In this document: positions 38,828 to 51,600 of the stretch, one piece after another
How the letters are laid out: every line of letters begins with the position of its first letter
Position numbering within the stretch: the stretch's first letter is position 1
DNA from: Perkinsus chesapeaki ATCC PRA-425
Lineage: Eukaryota; Protista; Perkinsozoa
NCBI GenBank assembly: GCA_013115145.1
Contig: JAAPAO010000137.1
Span: forward strand, 1,942-65,941
Length of the DNA stretch: 64,000 nt
Reading direction: 5' to 3'
Made by a program: the position numbers and the translations under genes
Notes under the pieces: model-generated
Databases searched by the model: none
Seen by the model: only the letters and a program-made list of their open reading frames with translations
Told to the model about the DNA's origin: nothing

Positions 38828-41800
38828 ATGACAACCTCAACCTCGAGGAGATTGACACCAGCAAAGAGAGCATCATCGGTCAGGGAGGAGGAGATAAGAT
38901 GGTCGCCTGGGAAAAGGAAGAAGCTTGATACTGCAAAGCCTACCTCGACTCTGGGAACTGAGCGGGAGGCTCAGGTGTACCTTAAAAGCAGTCAGACGTG
39001 TCGAACAGCTACAACGTTGAGCTCGACGCCGAGGGTGGTGAGGCGAGCGGCGACTTCGAGAGCGAGGACGAGGAGTAATGGTAGTCAGGCGGATGAGGAG
39101 ACGGTGGAGAGGAATGAAAGGGAATTGATGGGCAATTTCAGGCCGTGTGCCACGCAGGCCATGGACGCGTTTGATAGGGAGGAAGAATTAGAGCTGCTGG
39201 AGGCGGCGGAGCTGATAGAAGCGGGGGAGAGCGGTCTGAGTACGGACTGGAGCTGCTGCACGCATGCGCAGGAGAATCTTATGGGAATTGGTAATGATGC
39301 GAGGTCACCACCGATGTCGCCGGAGAGAGCAGCGGTGAAACCGTCGGGGAGAAAGTTGATACCGGGCACGCAAGTTGATGATGATTGGAGTGATATCGAT
39401 TTTGATGATTTAGATGCGGCTTGTACACAGGTAGGGAATCTTAGGTTGAAGCGGGTAGATTCTTGAGAGGTTGATTGATTTCGATGTGTTGGTTATATAG
39501 GACTGAATCAGTACTACTGATACATCTTACAGACTTTCTGTCACCAGTTTAGATTTCTCGTTCGCCCACTATCTATAGATTATTGATAAAGAAAAAATGA
39601 AGTATGTCATAGAACCTGTACCTGTCTGTCTGTCTGCCTCAACGTCATCGCCGTCTCTCTTGCTCCCCAACGATGACGCTTTGCTCTATATCTTGAGGGC
39701 CTCTGTCCGCTGCAATACGCTGATGGACGTTCCTCCTCGGATTCAACAATCACGTCGTCTAGGGATGACGCTATTATCGTATCGGCTTGTCGGTTGTGTC
39801 TATGCGATAGTCCTTAGTTGAATAGGTTGAATGCGCGGTGGCTGCACTGAAGCCATCTCCGCCTGAGGGTGATGACGATGACGAGTTCGGGTCGTTAGCA
39901 TCGGAGGACCTGCTGGCTGCTATGGATGAGATTGAGGCGGCGGCAAATAAGGCAGCTGGTGGGGAGAAGGAGGAGGGCGTTGCTGGAAGGCTCATCGATA
40001 CTGAAGCGTCATAGGGATCTTCCACAATCTTCATCAGAATTTTTTTGCCTCACCAACGAACATAGAGGGCGAAAGGCCACCCTCCTCACCGGCAGATATT
40101 CGGGACTTTCGAGGAAGTGCCCCAAAATTGCCTTTGTTATTTGGGCTCTGAAGGATGTAGTTGTACTATAGCATGTACAGTAGGTGGCGATGACGTTGGT
40201 GATAGCAACTGCAGAAAAATACGGGAAAAGATTCCGCCGCCGGGAATTGAACCCGGGTCTCCTGCGTGACAGGCAGGAATACTCACCACTATACTACAGC
40301 GGAACTGATCTCAAAAGGTGTCAAAAAGCATCCCTACCTCAAACTTAGGTTTCTACAACGAGCCGCCATCGGGTAAGTGGTCTAAGTATGTTGAGAGCCG
40401 AATAAGCGGAGAAAAGGCAGAAGTGGACGCCGTGGCTAAAGAGGTAATCCACTGGAGTGCCGGGCACTGACCAGAAGGGGAAATAAAGATTAAGTGTAGA
40501 TATTATTATAAATATTTATATTCGGACCGATATTGATTTACCATATACATTGGGAGCAATCATTAGTACCCTAGGAAAAGGTCCTTGTGAGGCTAGACGG
40601 GCTTCTGCGTCAGATTAAAATATTCCAAGTCGACGAGTCCATTTCCTCGCCTTGGTCAGGTTCGTCTTACTCTCGAAGATGGTAGAGTTGTGGTCTTGAA
40701 GGGGCCTTGGTATTGGTTTTGGCAAGACAACTGCGATAAGCTGGTCCATCCTGGCGACCCAGTGAATCTCGTTTTCGCGGAAGCGAAGGACTTCGATGCC
40801 CCTGTGGTATATTGCGGTGACACTGGAAATCTGTTGGTGTTTCATCCATCAATTTTGCTCTCCGGCACAACAGTGTCGAACACTCTACCGTGCCAGAGGA
40901 AAACGCTCCTCCAGCATCTTCTGAGCGATGTGGGGCGAGGCGATCAAAGTAACGTTTACGCGAGCGTCGGTAACGGTGTACATTCCCTACTGCAAAATGC
41001 GCTAATGTTTGGTAGTAGAGTCGATGAAAAGTTCACGCGCCACATAATTGATAGCTATCGACTGGACGCCTGGTTCAGCGGGTTCAGCGATACGAGCGTG
41101 CTGGAGCGACACATGAGGGAGAGAATTCCGCAAATCGATCAGTGGCTCGCCGATGTGATGCCGATGAAGTTCTCGAGGATGCTGGCAGCCGAACAAAATG
41201 TTAACTCCTACAAGTTTGGGCTGAAGGGCAAGATCGACGCTGTGATGGAAATGAACAAACCGGGCCGACCACTGGCCTGTTTGGAAATAAAAACTGGGAA
41301 ACCTTGGCACACCCACGTTGGTCAAGTAACTCTGTATCATCTCCTAATGGTTGACTTATACGGCGAGGAGGCCGTTAGAGATGGTCTATTGGAGATAGGA
41401 TACTTCAGCGGGAATCGACCGCAGAGAGGAGGAGGACAGCAGAGCGGAGGGGGGCAGGCGAGAGCGGAGGTTAATGAGGTAATGACTCTCGGGTTAATGA
41501 AGAGCATTCGGATGAGTGAGTGAGATCTTATTACTTGTAACCATTAATACCAGCATGAGGGAGGCTAGCAGGGAGGACTTGTGTTTATCACAGCGGTGAT
41601 ATCTATGGTTACTTACTTTGTTTGATTGTTACTTCGAGCACGACGGGTAAACTGGCAGAGAGGCCCTCTGCGAGTGATGGAGTGATTTCATTATTTAGTG
41701 AATTATCCATCTGAATTAGTACTGGAAGCTACGGTCCTTTATGACACTCAGTCGTTTGCTACTGCTACATATCTTTGGGCCAGTCTGACGATTGGGCCCC

Positions 41801-44800
41801 TGACGGAAATGATGGCTCGCCACTCGTCATCATTGTGTTATAGGTGCAAGCATTCCCTAATGAGATTGATAACCTTATCTGCGTCCGTAATGCCTTAGCC
41901 CTGCACATAGCACGGAAAGGTCTACCTCCTACAATAGGAGCTAAAAGGGAGTGCCAAAGGTGGGGGAGGAGGAGGAGGAGGGAAAATTAAGTGAAATAGC
42001 TTTAGTTGCTGAGGTGCACCTTGACGGGATTGTCGCCAGTGGGATCCTACAGGGCGCCCCAGGAGCTCTCAAGAGCTTTCAAACGCCCCGCGTGTCGCAG
42101 AAATATTCGCCCTCCTGAAAAACGCACATTTTTCTGGGACGCCCTGCAGATCCCATATAGTGGTGAGAGTTCCAGCGTTAGTTCTATGGAAAAATTTTGG
42201 TTTGCGTTGTTAAGTGACCGCGGATGATTTCCGTGACCTAAAGGTGATAGGAGGCACATATTGCGACTTGGTAGATCGGTGGTGATTATACGGTTTCATT
42301 ATCCTGGTGTCTCTGGGGTATCTTTCCCTCGATTGAAATGCACGCTCAACCTCTCAGATGCCAACTCGCTCCTCATTGTGTTGCAGCCCATAGTATCCTA
42401 GAAAAAAAGTAAGATTATTTCGTGGCGCGCGGTCATGCTCTTTTCAGAAGTGTGAATGACTTTGGATGTGAACCACCTATTACTATTGATGATGTTCCTC
42501 CTCGACTTGGTGAATACATTCGGAAGTGGTGGAGATGGCTCAGGCGGGAAGAGAGAGCTGGTAAATTCTTGGTCGCAGAAATTTCACGTTTTTGTAAAAA
42601 CGTTACACTGAGTTGAAAACGTTTACAGTTTTTCTATCAGAAGTTACATTCTCCTTTAGGTGAACGAGCCCCCATTATCGTTCTCGAGCATGCACGAGTA
42701 AGCGACATATCTGTGGTTGAAGGTAAGCAGCTATGGACAATCGAAGGAGATCCTAGCGGAGCACAGGAGATTGCCGTTGGTGATGAGCTACATGTAGGTC
42801 ATCACTCGTACATTTTTATCCCACATGTGCCTGGCTCGGGCCAAGTTTGTGACGCACCTTACTTCTCGAGTGCCTTTACTTTTGTATTAAGGCAATACAC
42901 TATCGTGGATTAGCAAATTCGTTTAAAGCGAATTAATTTCTAAATACTTTTTCAAAAAATTTTGGAAATTTTTTCGGTGTTGTATTTCTTATGTCGATGT
43001 CCTGGACCTTCCGTCTGGGGATATCTTCGAACCTTATGCAGCTGCTCAGTCTCGTGAACTAGAAGGAGCTTCATCAAATGGAAGAATCAATTTTCGTAAA
43101 TTTCCATTTTGGAAATTTTTCCACTGATTTTTTGTAAATAATATTTCGGGTATGGAGGTTGCAATATTTGCCATCAACAGTAGTATCATTTTGTGATCAG
43201 AGCATAATCGATCACATGATCGATTTCAGGTATCTTATCAACAATACGGACCTCGTAACATAGCCATGGGAGATGTAACCGAGATATCCGCCTTCGGCTC
43301 GCGTACCAAAGTTTTTCTATCAATGCGAGATGACGGCACACCAGAAGTCACTCCGGGCACACTCGACGTCGAAGATTTTCAGCAAACCGTCACTGCGCCG
43401 AATAAAAGCGTTTACATGACCGCCACCAGACTGTTCAAACTTTCGAAAGTTGATTGGGGCGGAGTCGGTCAGACGAAGCGAAATCGATCGCTCCTATTGG
43501 AGCTCGGCCATGCCACCAGTGGATGGGCCTTCATTTTATCCGGCGCGATGAAACCGAAGCTGCCGAGGCTCCGGCCATGTGTTGCCGTACCGGTCCCTTA
43601 TGAAATTCGGGCGGCATTCGGTACACTGAATGACGGCCAGAAGAGCGCCGTGTGTGGTGCTTTGGAGATGGCCCGAGGGGACATTGGCGATCGATGGATA
43701 CTGCCGGTGTGTGGCTATCCTGGCACTGGCAAGTCCAGTATGTTGGGAGTGTTACTTCTGGGGTTGATGTATGGTACCAGTTGTCGAGTGCTTTTGGTTA
43801 GTCATACTCATACAGCTGTTGATAATTTATTATTGAAGACGAAGAAGTTGGCAGAAGAAGGAGCTTTAAAGGATTTCGAGTAAGCTGCCGCCTGGCGAAG
43901 TTGTCATCGACTACAACTTATGATGAATTATCATTTCGTAGCCCTTAATTGTTGTTGGGTGGTGGTCGTTTTCAACGCCTTCGAGCCGTCATGCGCTCAT
44001 GGCCCGCCTAATGTCGTTTTATATTCTCCGAATATAACGTTTAGCATTCTCGTAAATGATTGGCTTTGGTATAAATCACTTGTTGGTGATCACTATGTAA
44101 AACGATGAGGTGCTTTATGGAGTAACTTGTCCTTTCTAAACCTTCCGGGGCACTAAGAACAACCGGAGTTCTTCTAGTTGCCCATTTTTCACTTTGCAAT
44201 CGCCCGCGGACGTTGGCGAGATACGTCCTGGGCAAATGAGCGAACTCTCGGCTACTGAGTTTCGGCAAAAATGTTTTTGGCAGTTTCGGCATTGAATGAA
44301 ACAATTCGGCAGTTCTTCATTTGTTTATTTCCTGTATATTTCCATCTAAAACGGTTATTGTAGAGTCACTAGTTATATAGATCTACTTCAACTCCATATC
44401 GAATGATATCCAATTTGCTTTACGTTTGCTCTTGGTCAGTTTCGTGCGAGTCGGCCGGTCGTCCTCGTCTACGGTACGGCCAGAGTTAGCTAATCATTAT
44501 CCACCTGATGAGTGGCCTTCAGTTGATAGTATATCTGATTTTATGTGTACGAGGGTAAGAGTGACGACCTAATTTGCATCTTGCGCCCTTAACCTAAAGA
44601 TTCTTAGGGTGGGCGGCTTGTAGCATGTACAGCGTTATCATGCCACAATCCATTACTGTGGCCACCGAAGCCACCGAATGAGGAAGATATTTCAACACAG
44701 CCTCCAGGAAGGCCCTCCAGCCAGCCGAAAGTATCCTTCTTTGGCTTGTTTATAGTTAACCTCGAAAATATCTTTCAGGTGCTGGACCGTGGGCTACCGC

Positions 44801-47501
44801 AGCCTAAAGATTTCGATATAGTAGTGGTGGATGAAGCTGGCCAGGTGAGATGGATAGGAATTCGAAGAAAGCCAGAAAGTAGACAATTTCCTAAATTTCA
44901 ACTGTATATCAATATGGTTCACCGGACGCGCGTTGACATCGCCTCGAGAAAACAATGAAACGGTTGATCGATATCTCATTTGGCATACCTGGTGAAAATT
45001 CTGTTTCATCCGACTTTGGCATGCCGAACCTCAGGCTGCGGACTCGACATTATGGTGCGCATTGAAGTTGGCATGCCGAGGAGCAGTACTCGTGGGCGAT
45101 CAGTATCAGTTGCCGCCGGTTATTAAGGACAGGTGGCGACTCTGGTTCGATCCTCGGTAGGGACATTTTTATGCAGGAAATGTCGAGATGAGGGTATGTC
45201 GGAGACTTTCTTTGCTCGCTGTGCCCGTGACGTGACGCCGATAGAGCTCACCGCACAGTACAGAATGCAGAGGGGAATTCAAAGATTTGTTAACGAGTTA
45301 TTTTATGAAGGGAAGCTTCGATGTGGCAGTCGGGAAGTTGAAAATGCTAAAATGCCGGTAAGGAAGTGTTGCTGTACTTGGCTCTCGTTGAACTTGAAGT
45401 TAATGAATTAATAACGCATCGGCATAGAGCTCGTGGAATAAGAATATATACAGCAAAGTTTATGAGTCTTCTACTAGACAATCAATCTACACTAAGCTTA
45501 GCTCAAAGATATTTGTGTTACACAAGAGATTCTTGCAATCTTGCTAATCTTGCTTGAATCACAAGTTAAGATTCTCACAGGAAGATTCCTGTTGCCGCCT
45601 GGACCAGTCTGCGAGCCTTCAACCCGATTTCTATGGAATCTGTGGAATGGTGCGATTGACAACATAATGGGGACTTCAGCCAATTATTGCAGAAGTCGCA
45701 ATGTTGAGAAGATTTTCACGAAATTCGCTGGTCTGTTTTTTGCTGAAGTATGATGATAGGCAACTGCACTACGCGTCAAATTCTTATCAACTTCGCTTTT
45801 TTCTCCATCTTAAAAATTCGATATCACGTATAAGTCTCTATGGGGCGCCCGGCATTTTGTGAGTATAGCTGTTATTGTTATGCACCCGTGATTTCAGTGA
45901 CCTATTAACAATCGTACCAGATTTTTTGGGAACGTCCTTCGGAGTTAGGAATTCACTCGATAACAATAACTGTCTATCTTTAGAAAATCTTCACATCCGC
46001 GTTGGCCCAGCCGTGGATGGAAGAAGTGTGGAATCCTGATCAAGCTCTAGTTATGGTCGATGTTGGTAGAGGTCGAGATGAATCTCGTAAAGGTGATGAT
46101 GATAATGAGGAAGAGGAAGATGGCAGGATATATAATAGAGAGGAGGCTCAGGTGAGGCACTCACCGTGGGAGTAGAGTCCATCGTCCCAGTTGACCCGAT
46201 TATATTATGAATATTACATCATTCGTCAACGGCAATTATATTACGAAACTGGTGCGGGTACATTATGCTTGGGAAGAACGATTTCCTTTCGAGAGGGGAC
46301 GGACGGTTGTGATGATGCACTGTTGATCAGGTTATTAGATCGTTAATAACAACGGTACCGACACACAGCCTTGCTAATGAAGATGTTGTGATACTGTCGC
46401 CCTATGTGAAACAGGTTAAATTAATAGAAGGACTTTTGGCTACGGGAGAGAGATCAAGTAAGCATGTGCAAGAGGAATTATACTATTAATACTTATCATT
46501 ATCCGAATTCTATTCTTATTCTATTATTATGCGGAATTATATTAATAATAACTATCATTTTTAAGCGCACAATTTCACCGCGCCATGATACTATCGCCTC
46601 TAAGTGGCACAACAACGGGTTGCGAGATAGTTAAAATCGGTAGCGTTTCGGAACGCTATTCTCATATCAGTAGCTTCCATAAACGTGTTCATCATCCCAT
46701 ACCGATTTTGCCGTCAGATGTGGAGGTTATGACGGTAGACCGTTCTCAAGGGCGAGACTGGAAGGTTGTCATCATATCTTTGGTTCGATCGCGTAAGAGC
46801 GTATCATCTCATGATGGCAGCAGCAGCAGTAGCAAGACCGCCGACGTTCTTGGTAGGGTTCTTCAGTTTGATTAATGAAGGGATCCTTTCTTGGGAGCTA
46901 CATGGCTTGATCGATAGTTGTAGATTATTCTTGGAGACTTTTGAAATTCCAAGAATGAAAGCAGCTCACGCAGCCTATCCATTGCTGGTTGCAGTGCCGC
47001 TGCTGTCATTAGATTATTAATAATAATGGCAAATGAGAGTAACATTTATAATAAGTATTTAACCATGAAACACTAACAGCGATCATTTCACTGGTGTGGG
47101 GATCGTACTCCTACTCCTCGGGTGCCGCGAATTCCTAATAGGAGCTTGGACTTCCGTCATCTAAGAATCTGTATGTCGGGGAATGTGTTCCGAGAGCATA
47201 AAGGGATGTAACATTCACTCCTGGATGCTCTTAGTGTGCCTCCATGGGTCCCTGGAAATTGATAGAAGTTATGGTAGACCTCTCAAAGTTATTATTTTCG
47301 CTTGACTCCACAGGTTTGCTGGATGATTGGCGGCGGTTGAATGTCGCCATCACTCGAGCGAAGTTGAAGGTTATCATTGTGTGCTCGCCGGAGTATCTTA
47401 CCGAGGTCGCAACTGAGCAAGATGGCCAGGGAGCTGCGGTGCTGAGACGACTTATTGAACTGTGCCGATCTAATGGGAGTTTAATTTCTGCCTTGCATTG
47501 A
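38828..47501 (+). CDS. DNA2: DNA replication helicase/nuclease Dna2, multi-exon
   Basis: Nuclease: PCQRK, GLKGKIDA, LEIKTGK, HVGQVTLY. Helicase: GYPGTGKS, VSHTHTAVDNLL, DEAGQ, GDQYQLPP, LTAQYRM, TVDRSQGRD, RRLNVAITRAK. Confidence 0.95.
39436..39462 (-). other. Dispersed stem-loop element, copy F (5 nt after a Dna2 donor, antisense to host)
   Basis: Plus strand reads GAATCT-TAGGTTGAAGCGGGT-AGATTC. Both stem arms are changed (GTATC to GAATC and GATAC to GATTC) and still pair. Confidence 0.7.
40232..40303 (-). tRNA. tRNA-Asp(GTC) inside the Dna2 gene (intronic), antisense to host
   Basis: TCCGCTG/CGGCGGA acceptor stem, CCTGC-CTGTCAC-GCAGG anticodon arm, CCGGGTTCAATTCCCGG T-arm. Confidence 0.95.
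42317..42362 (+). other. Dispersed stem-loop element, copy G (overlaps the Dna2 acceptor at 42357)
   Basis: Core TGCACGCTCAACCTCTCAGATGCC. GGTATCT ~15 nt further upstream can pair with AGATGCC across the splice site. Confidence 0.7.
44576..44601 (+). other. Dispersed stem-loop element, copy H (Dna2 intron 44555-44607)
   Basis: GC-ATCTT-GCGCCCTTAACCTA-AAGAT, 5-bp stem. Confidence 0.6.
44952..44979. mobile_element. Short fragment of the same TIR family as 13676-15073, in a Dna2 intron
   Basis: ATGAAACGGTTGATCGATATCTCAT is identical to 14938-14962. Confidence 0.75.
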
Positions 47502-47880
47502 TAACATTTTATCGACCGAGCATGTTATTCCCTGCTGGATTTGAGACAGCAGCATACTTGCATACTCGAAGTGTCGAGTTAACGAAAGGATTAATATGAC
47601 GGATTAAATTTTGACTAGCACGGCGCGATGTGGCATTTTTATGGAATTTTAGTTACGATCTTAGGGACGCGGAACATTCCCAAATAAGTGTATTTGTCGG
47701 TCTACGAATTGAAGTTCTCTTGTCGAATGGAGCTGATGAAACAGGTTACCAAAACTCCAAGAAGTTTTCACTGGTTTACTACTGCAAAATTACGGTTTTT
47801 CATTCTCACCTTTATTTTAGATTTCGCCTAGTCTTACCCTCAATAAAATTTCATATCGACTTTTCCTCATATTTTCATTC

Positions 47881-48410
47881 ATGCCGGTACCTCCTCCTGT
47901 GTACAATGTTAACTGGACCAGAATACATGAACTGTTGGAAAATAGCGATGCTCTCGTTAGGGAGGCGGTGAGCCCTCTAGAGGCTCCAGCTGACCTTTGG
48001 ATGAACGCCCGCCATTTTATTGATGGAACATTTCATTTTATTATTTTCACGGTGAGGCTTCTTCTTCGATATTGTTGTGGCTGTATGAGAGGAATTGTTC
48101 TTTTCATTTCATCCGCTGTTGCGCAGTGCTGAACAGAAGGTTATTAATTTGCCTTGATCGAAAGGCAGCGCGATATGTCACTGTCGGTGATTTGGGCCGA
48201 GGAGTAACTCCTCAGGAGTTCGATCAATCATGGATTACTTGTTGATTCTCATCACTCTGACCGAGTCGTTCAATTTCCAATTCCTGTCAGTTGAGTAGCT
48301 AGAGTAATTGTGTGTTGTCAGGTTGTGATTGGTGGTATGGTGTTGATGACTCTAGCATGCTCTAAGGCGTTGGATGACGATGAACCCGTGAAGCATGATA
48401 AATGCCAATA
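47881..48410 (+). CDS. Hypothetical protein, possibly decayed
   Basis: MPVPPPVYNVNWTRIHELLENSDALVREAV.. followed by broken frames. No family recognised. Confidence 0.3.
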
Positions 48411-48699
48411 GTCTCCCTCCTTCTCCTGACGTATTGTGTTTATCATCTATGCCTGGTTCGGGAATTCTGATTCGTAATTTATACTCTATATCTGCAGCAT
48501 GTTAATAAATATGGTCTATTAATTAATAAGCAGATTCGGTTAACAAATAAATACCGTGTTATCCATGAGACTTTCATCCAGCCTATTGTATTTTTATTAT
48601 TTCTTGGGTCAGCGAAGTCCTAATGCATTAATCGCGTATAGTTTAACCGTTGAGGAAAGGACGAGCAACTAGCAACTAGCAATCGTGCTCTTGCAAGCG

Positions 48700-51600
48700 G
48701 GCTTCGAAGAGCGTCTACCTCGGCGTTGGGCCTGCTCTCTTTCCATCGTTGCGGTTGTCAATGCCATCATGTCATTCTGTGGAACGTGGAAACATATATT
48801 TATTTGAAGTATTTGATACTTATAACGCTATAGAACGTAGGGAAAGAGATCGAACGCAGTTTCAAGTCTTTTATTAATGACAACACACTTTGGATCATAC
48901 AAGCTATTTCCTCGAGTTAGCATTCTTCGGCATCTCAAGTCGATGCACATCGCGTAGGCTAGAAAGAGTATGACGTCTTGATCGGTTGTGTAGATACTAC
49001 CCTGGCCGGGAGCACACTGAAGTTGCGAAACGGCTGGTGATGAGCGTTACCAGCGAGCCTGTGAAACAAAAGTTCCCGGAGTTCACGGTGAGGCTTACTC
49101 ATCTTCGGGTCATTTCTATCAATTGACCGTTATATGTTTGCATGTGGCGATTTGACAGCCATAAGTTCAGTGATTGCTAAGTTGTTGTCGTATCGGGTTT
49201 AATTCATTTCAGAGATCCTTAATAGGGAACAATCAAGTTGGTCTTGGCTTTTTCTGATCAGCTACGGTAGCCTTTCTGCTGCTAAGGTTAATCGGAACTT
49301 CTGATGCCACTATCTTCCTGCAACTACTCGGCTCCAGCAACTCGAGGAAATACTTAACTATCCACCGAATAGTGTTCAGGCGACTTGGGAGCTACTCGGT
49401 TATGATGGCCCTGCTACAGTCGACGTTGAGTTCCTCAATGGTGACAAAAAGCGGTATTTGGCCGATCATTTTTCCGACGGTGAAATGAATGGTATAGTGG
49501 AGAACTGGAAGTTCCAAGGTAGAGACTGAAGCATACATCGCTTGGCTTGTTACTCTAAAATCCGAAAAACGCTCCTTATTCCCATGCTTGAATCTATACC
49601 ATACCCCGGGCAGTCTGTTACCTCCGGATAGATCGCCCCTCAAACTCGGCTCGAAATTATCGTATTCGTTATACGCTCGTGTCTGTGCCTGCCCGTGCGA
49701 TCTCGCAATTCCACACATTCTTGGCGTCGCTTCGATTTTGTCGTTTTCAGCCAATTTGGAATACAATACTAATCATTCCTTATCAGAGGGAGATAAAAAG
49801 GATGGTTGAGGACGGTCATCACTTCTGTGAGGCATGTAACTGTTTCTGTTAATGTACCGCTTCGATCGTGTTTGTGTCAATACCGCTAGGGAACAAGTTG
49901 TTCCGAGCAACATGCAATAGAACTTTTTCAGGTGTGTTGCTCCGAATTCAACGATTGTATACTCTTGCCTACGGTGTTGGGTGGCGGGCCAGATTCTGTC
50001 CCCGCCGGGACTATCCGGTCTCAAAGATCCGCCGTACAGGTTGTGCTACGGTAGTTTTTGATTTTTTAATTTGTTAATTAGTTTAATTAGTCTTCGAGAA
50101 AAGGCTCTTATTGCAGGTACCTTAAGAAGGTCTTAAGCCTGCGTTCGAAAATTGTTCTTCGGTGCACAACGTGTACTTGACGAGTTGTACAGGATTTCCC
50201 CGCAGTGGAGTGCAAGTCTCAATCACTAAGGTTGAATATTACTGAGACTACATTTGCATACGAGCGAACTATGAATGACACTCTCCGAATTTCGGAGACC
50301 GAAAGAGCATAACTCATCAAGGCTTTCGCAAGCTCTATACTATAGAGCTATACAGCGATGCTATAGAGTCTATAGCCTCGCTGGAGAGCATCGAGCAAAA
50401 TCCTCAAAACTTCTGAGAAGGATTGCCGTCCACGACGTCCCGTCGGCAAGGCCGAACCGGTATTTGAGTCACGGTCCACGACTCGCGACTCGTAAGCTAC
50501 GAGCCTACTCTCAAGATCTATCGCTTTTTTCCGGGAGGTGGGAGCCGGAGAAATGGTCGGATCATCAATTACCAATGCGTGTTATGCCCAAAGATGCTTA
50601 TTAAGCATATTGTCGTTCTGTCCGCGCCTATGATTCATGAGGCACCAGTGACTGCAGTCCGATTGATAGGATATGGGCGTGTGCCTCACTGAGGCTGCCT
50701 CGGAAATATCAGGGCTGCAGGGCTGATGTTCGCAGGGAGGCTGCCAACTGTGTTCGAAGGAGAGTTTGATAAGACTGACTGAGTGAAGTTGCACACGTGT
50801 CAGTGCGCGTCTCTAGAAGGCTCACGACGGATAACTCTGTTTTCCGGTCTTCTCAGCCACCGAGCTAATGCCGCCGCCAGCGGTCCGCCGGAGTATGATT
50901 GAGTCGTCCATTTCATGGATTCCATTATGGCCCACGATTCATAGGTTTCACACCTTTTACATACAGGCTGTTATTTACGTGCTCGCGAGCGCGATAAGCT
51001 TAACGTATTACCGTAAAAATCGGTTTGGCTCCCCAACTCTGGGATCGGAACGGTCGTTCGCACGCTTCCCACGGCCCGTCTGCCCACGTTGTTCAAAAGA
51101 TGACCGTCAAGCCTTTCGAACATCGTTTGAGGTGCTTCTTCCCAAGGCGAATATTGCTGCTTGACGGTCAAGCAGTAATATTCGCCTCGGGAAGAAGCAC
51201 CTCTCAACGCATAAATTCGGAGCGCAACACAGACGCCCTGTTCTTTTGAGCAATAAGTTGTAAGAGGACCCGGCTCATTTTGCGGGCGATTTTACAGTCA
51301 TCATGCTATCTTGTGGGCCACAAGTTGCGGCTAATTGATACTCTTGTTCAATGAAGTGTTCATCTATAGTAGATGAAATAAACACAGTAACTGTGTTTAT
51401 TGATAAAGGTTTCCCTCCTCTATGTTTAAGCTGTCAATGACTGATGACTCATAGTTGCTGATGACAATGACCTTAATCTTGACTTGACTGTGTACTGCTT
51501 CATTGTTTCCTTTACGTAGCCAGGCTACGGTAGCCGAAATGAGAACATCAGTAATACTGGCGATACTGGCTTAGGCAAGTACTTTCTGCTGGAACACGTA

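Noticed and set aside
42900-43170. Phased A/T-tract sequence (also ~5860-6120 and ~6840-6900)
   Set aside because: Low-complexity intron filler with no defined unit or termini.
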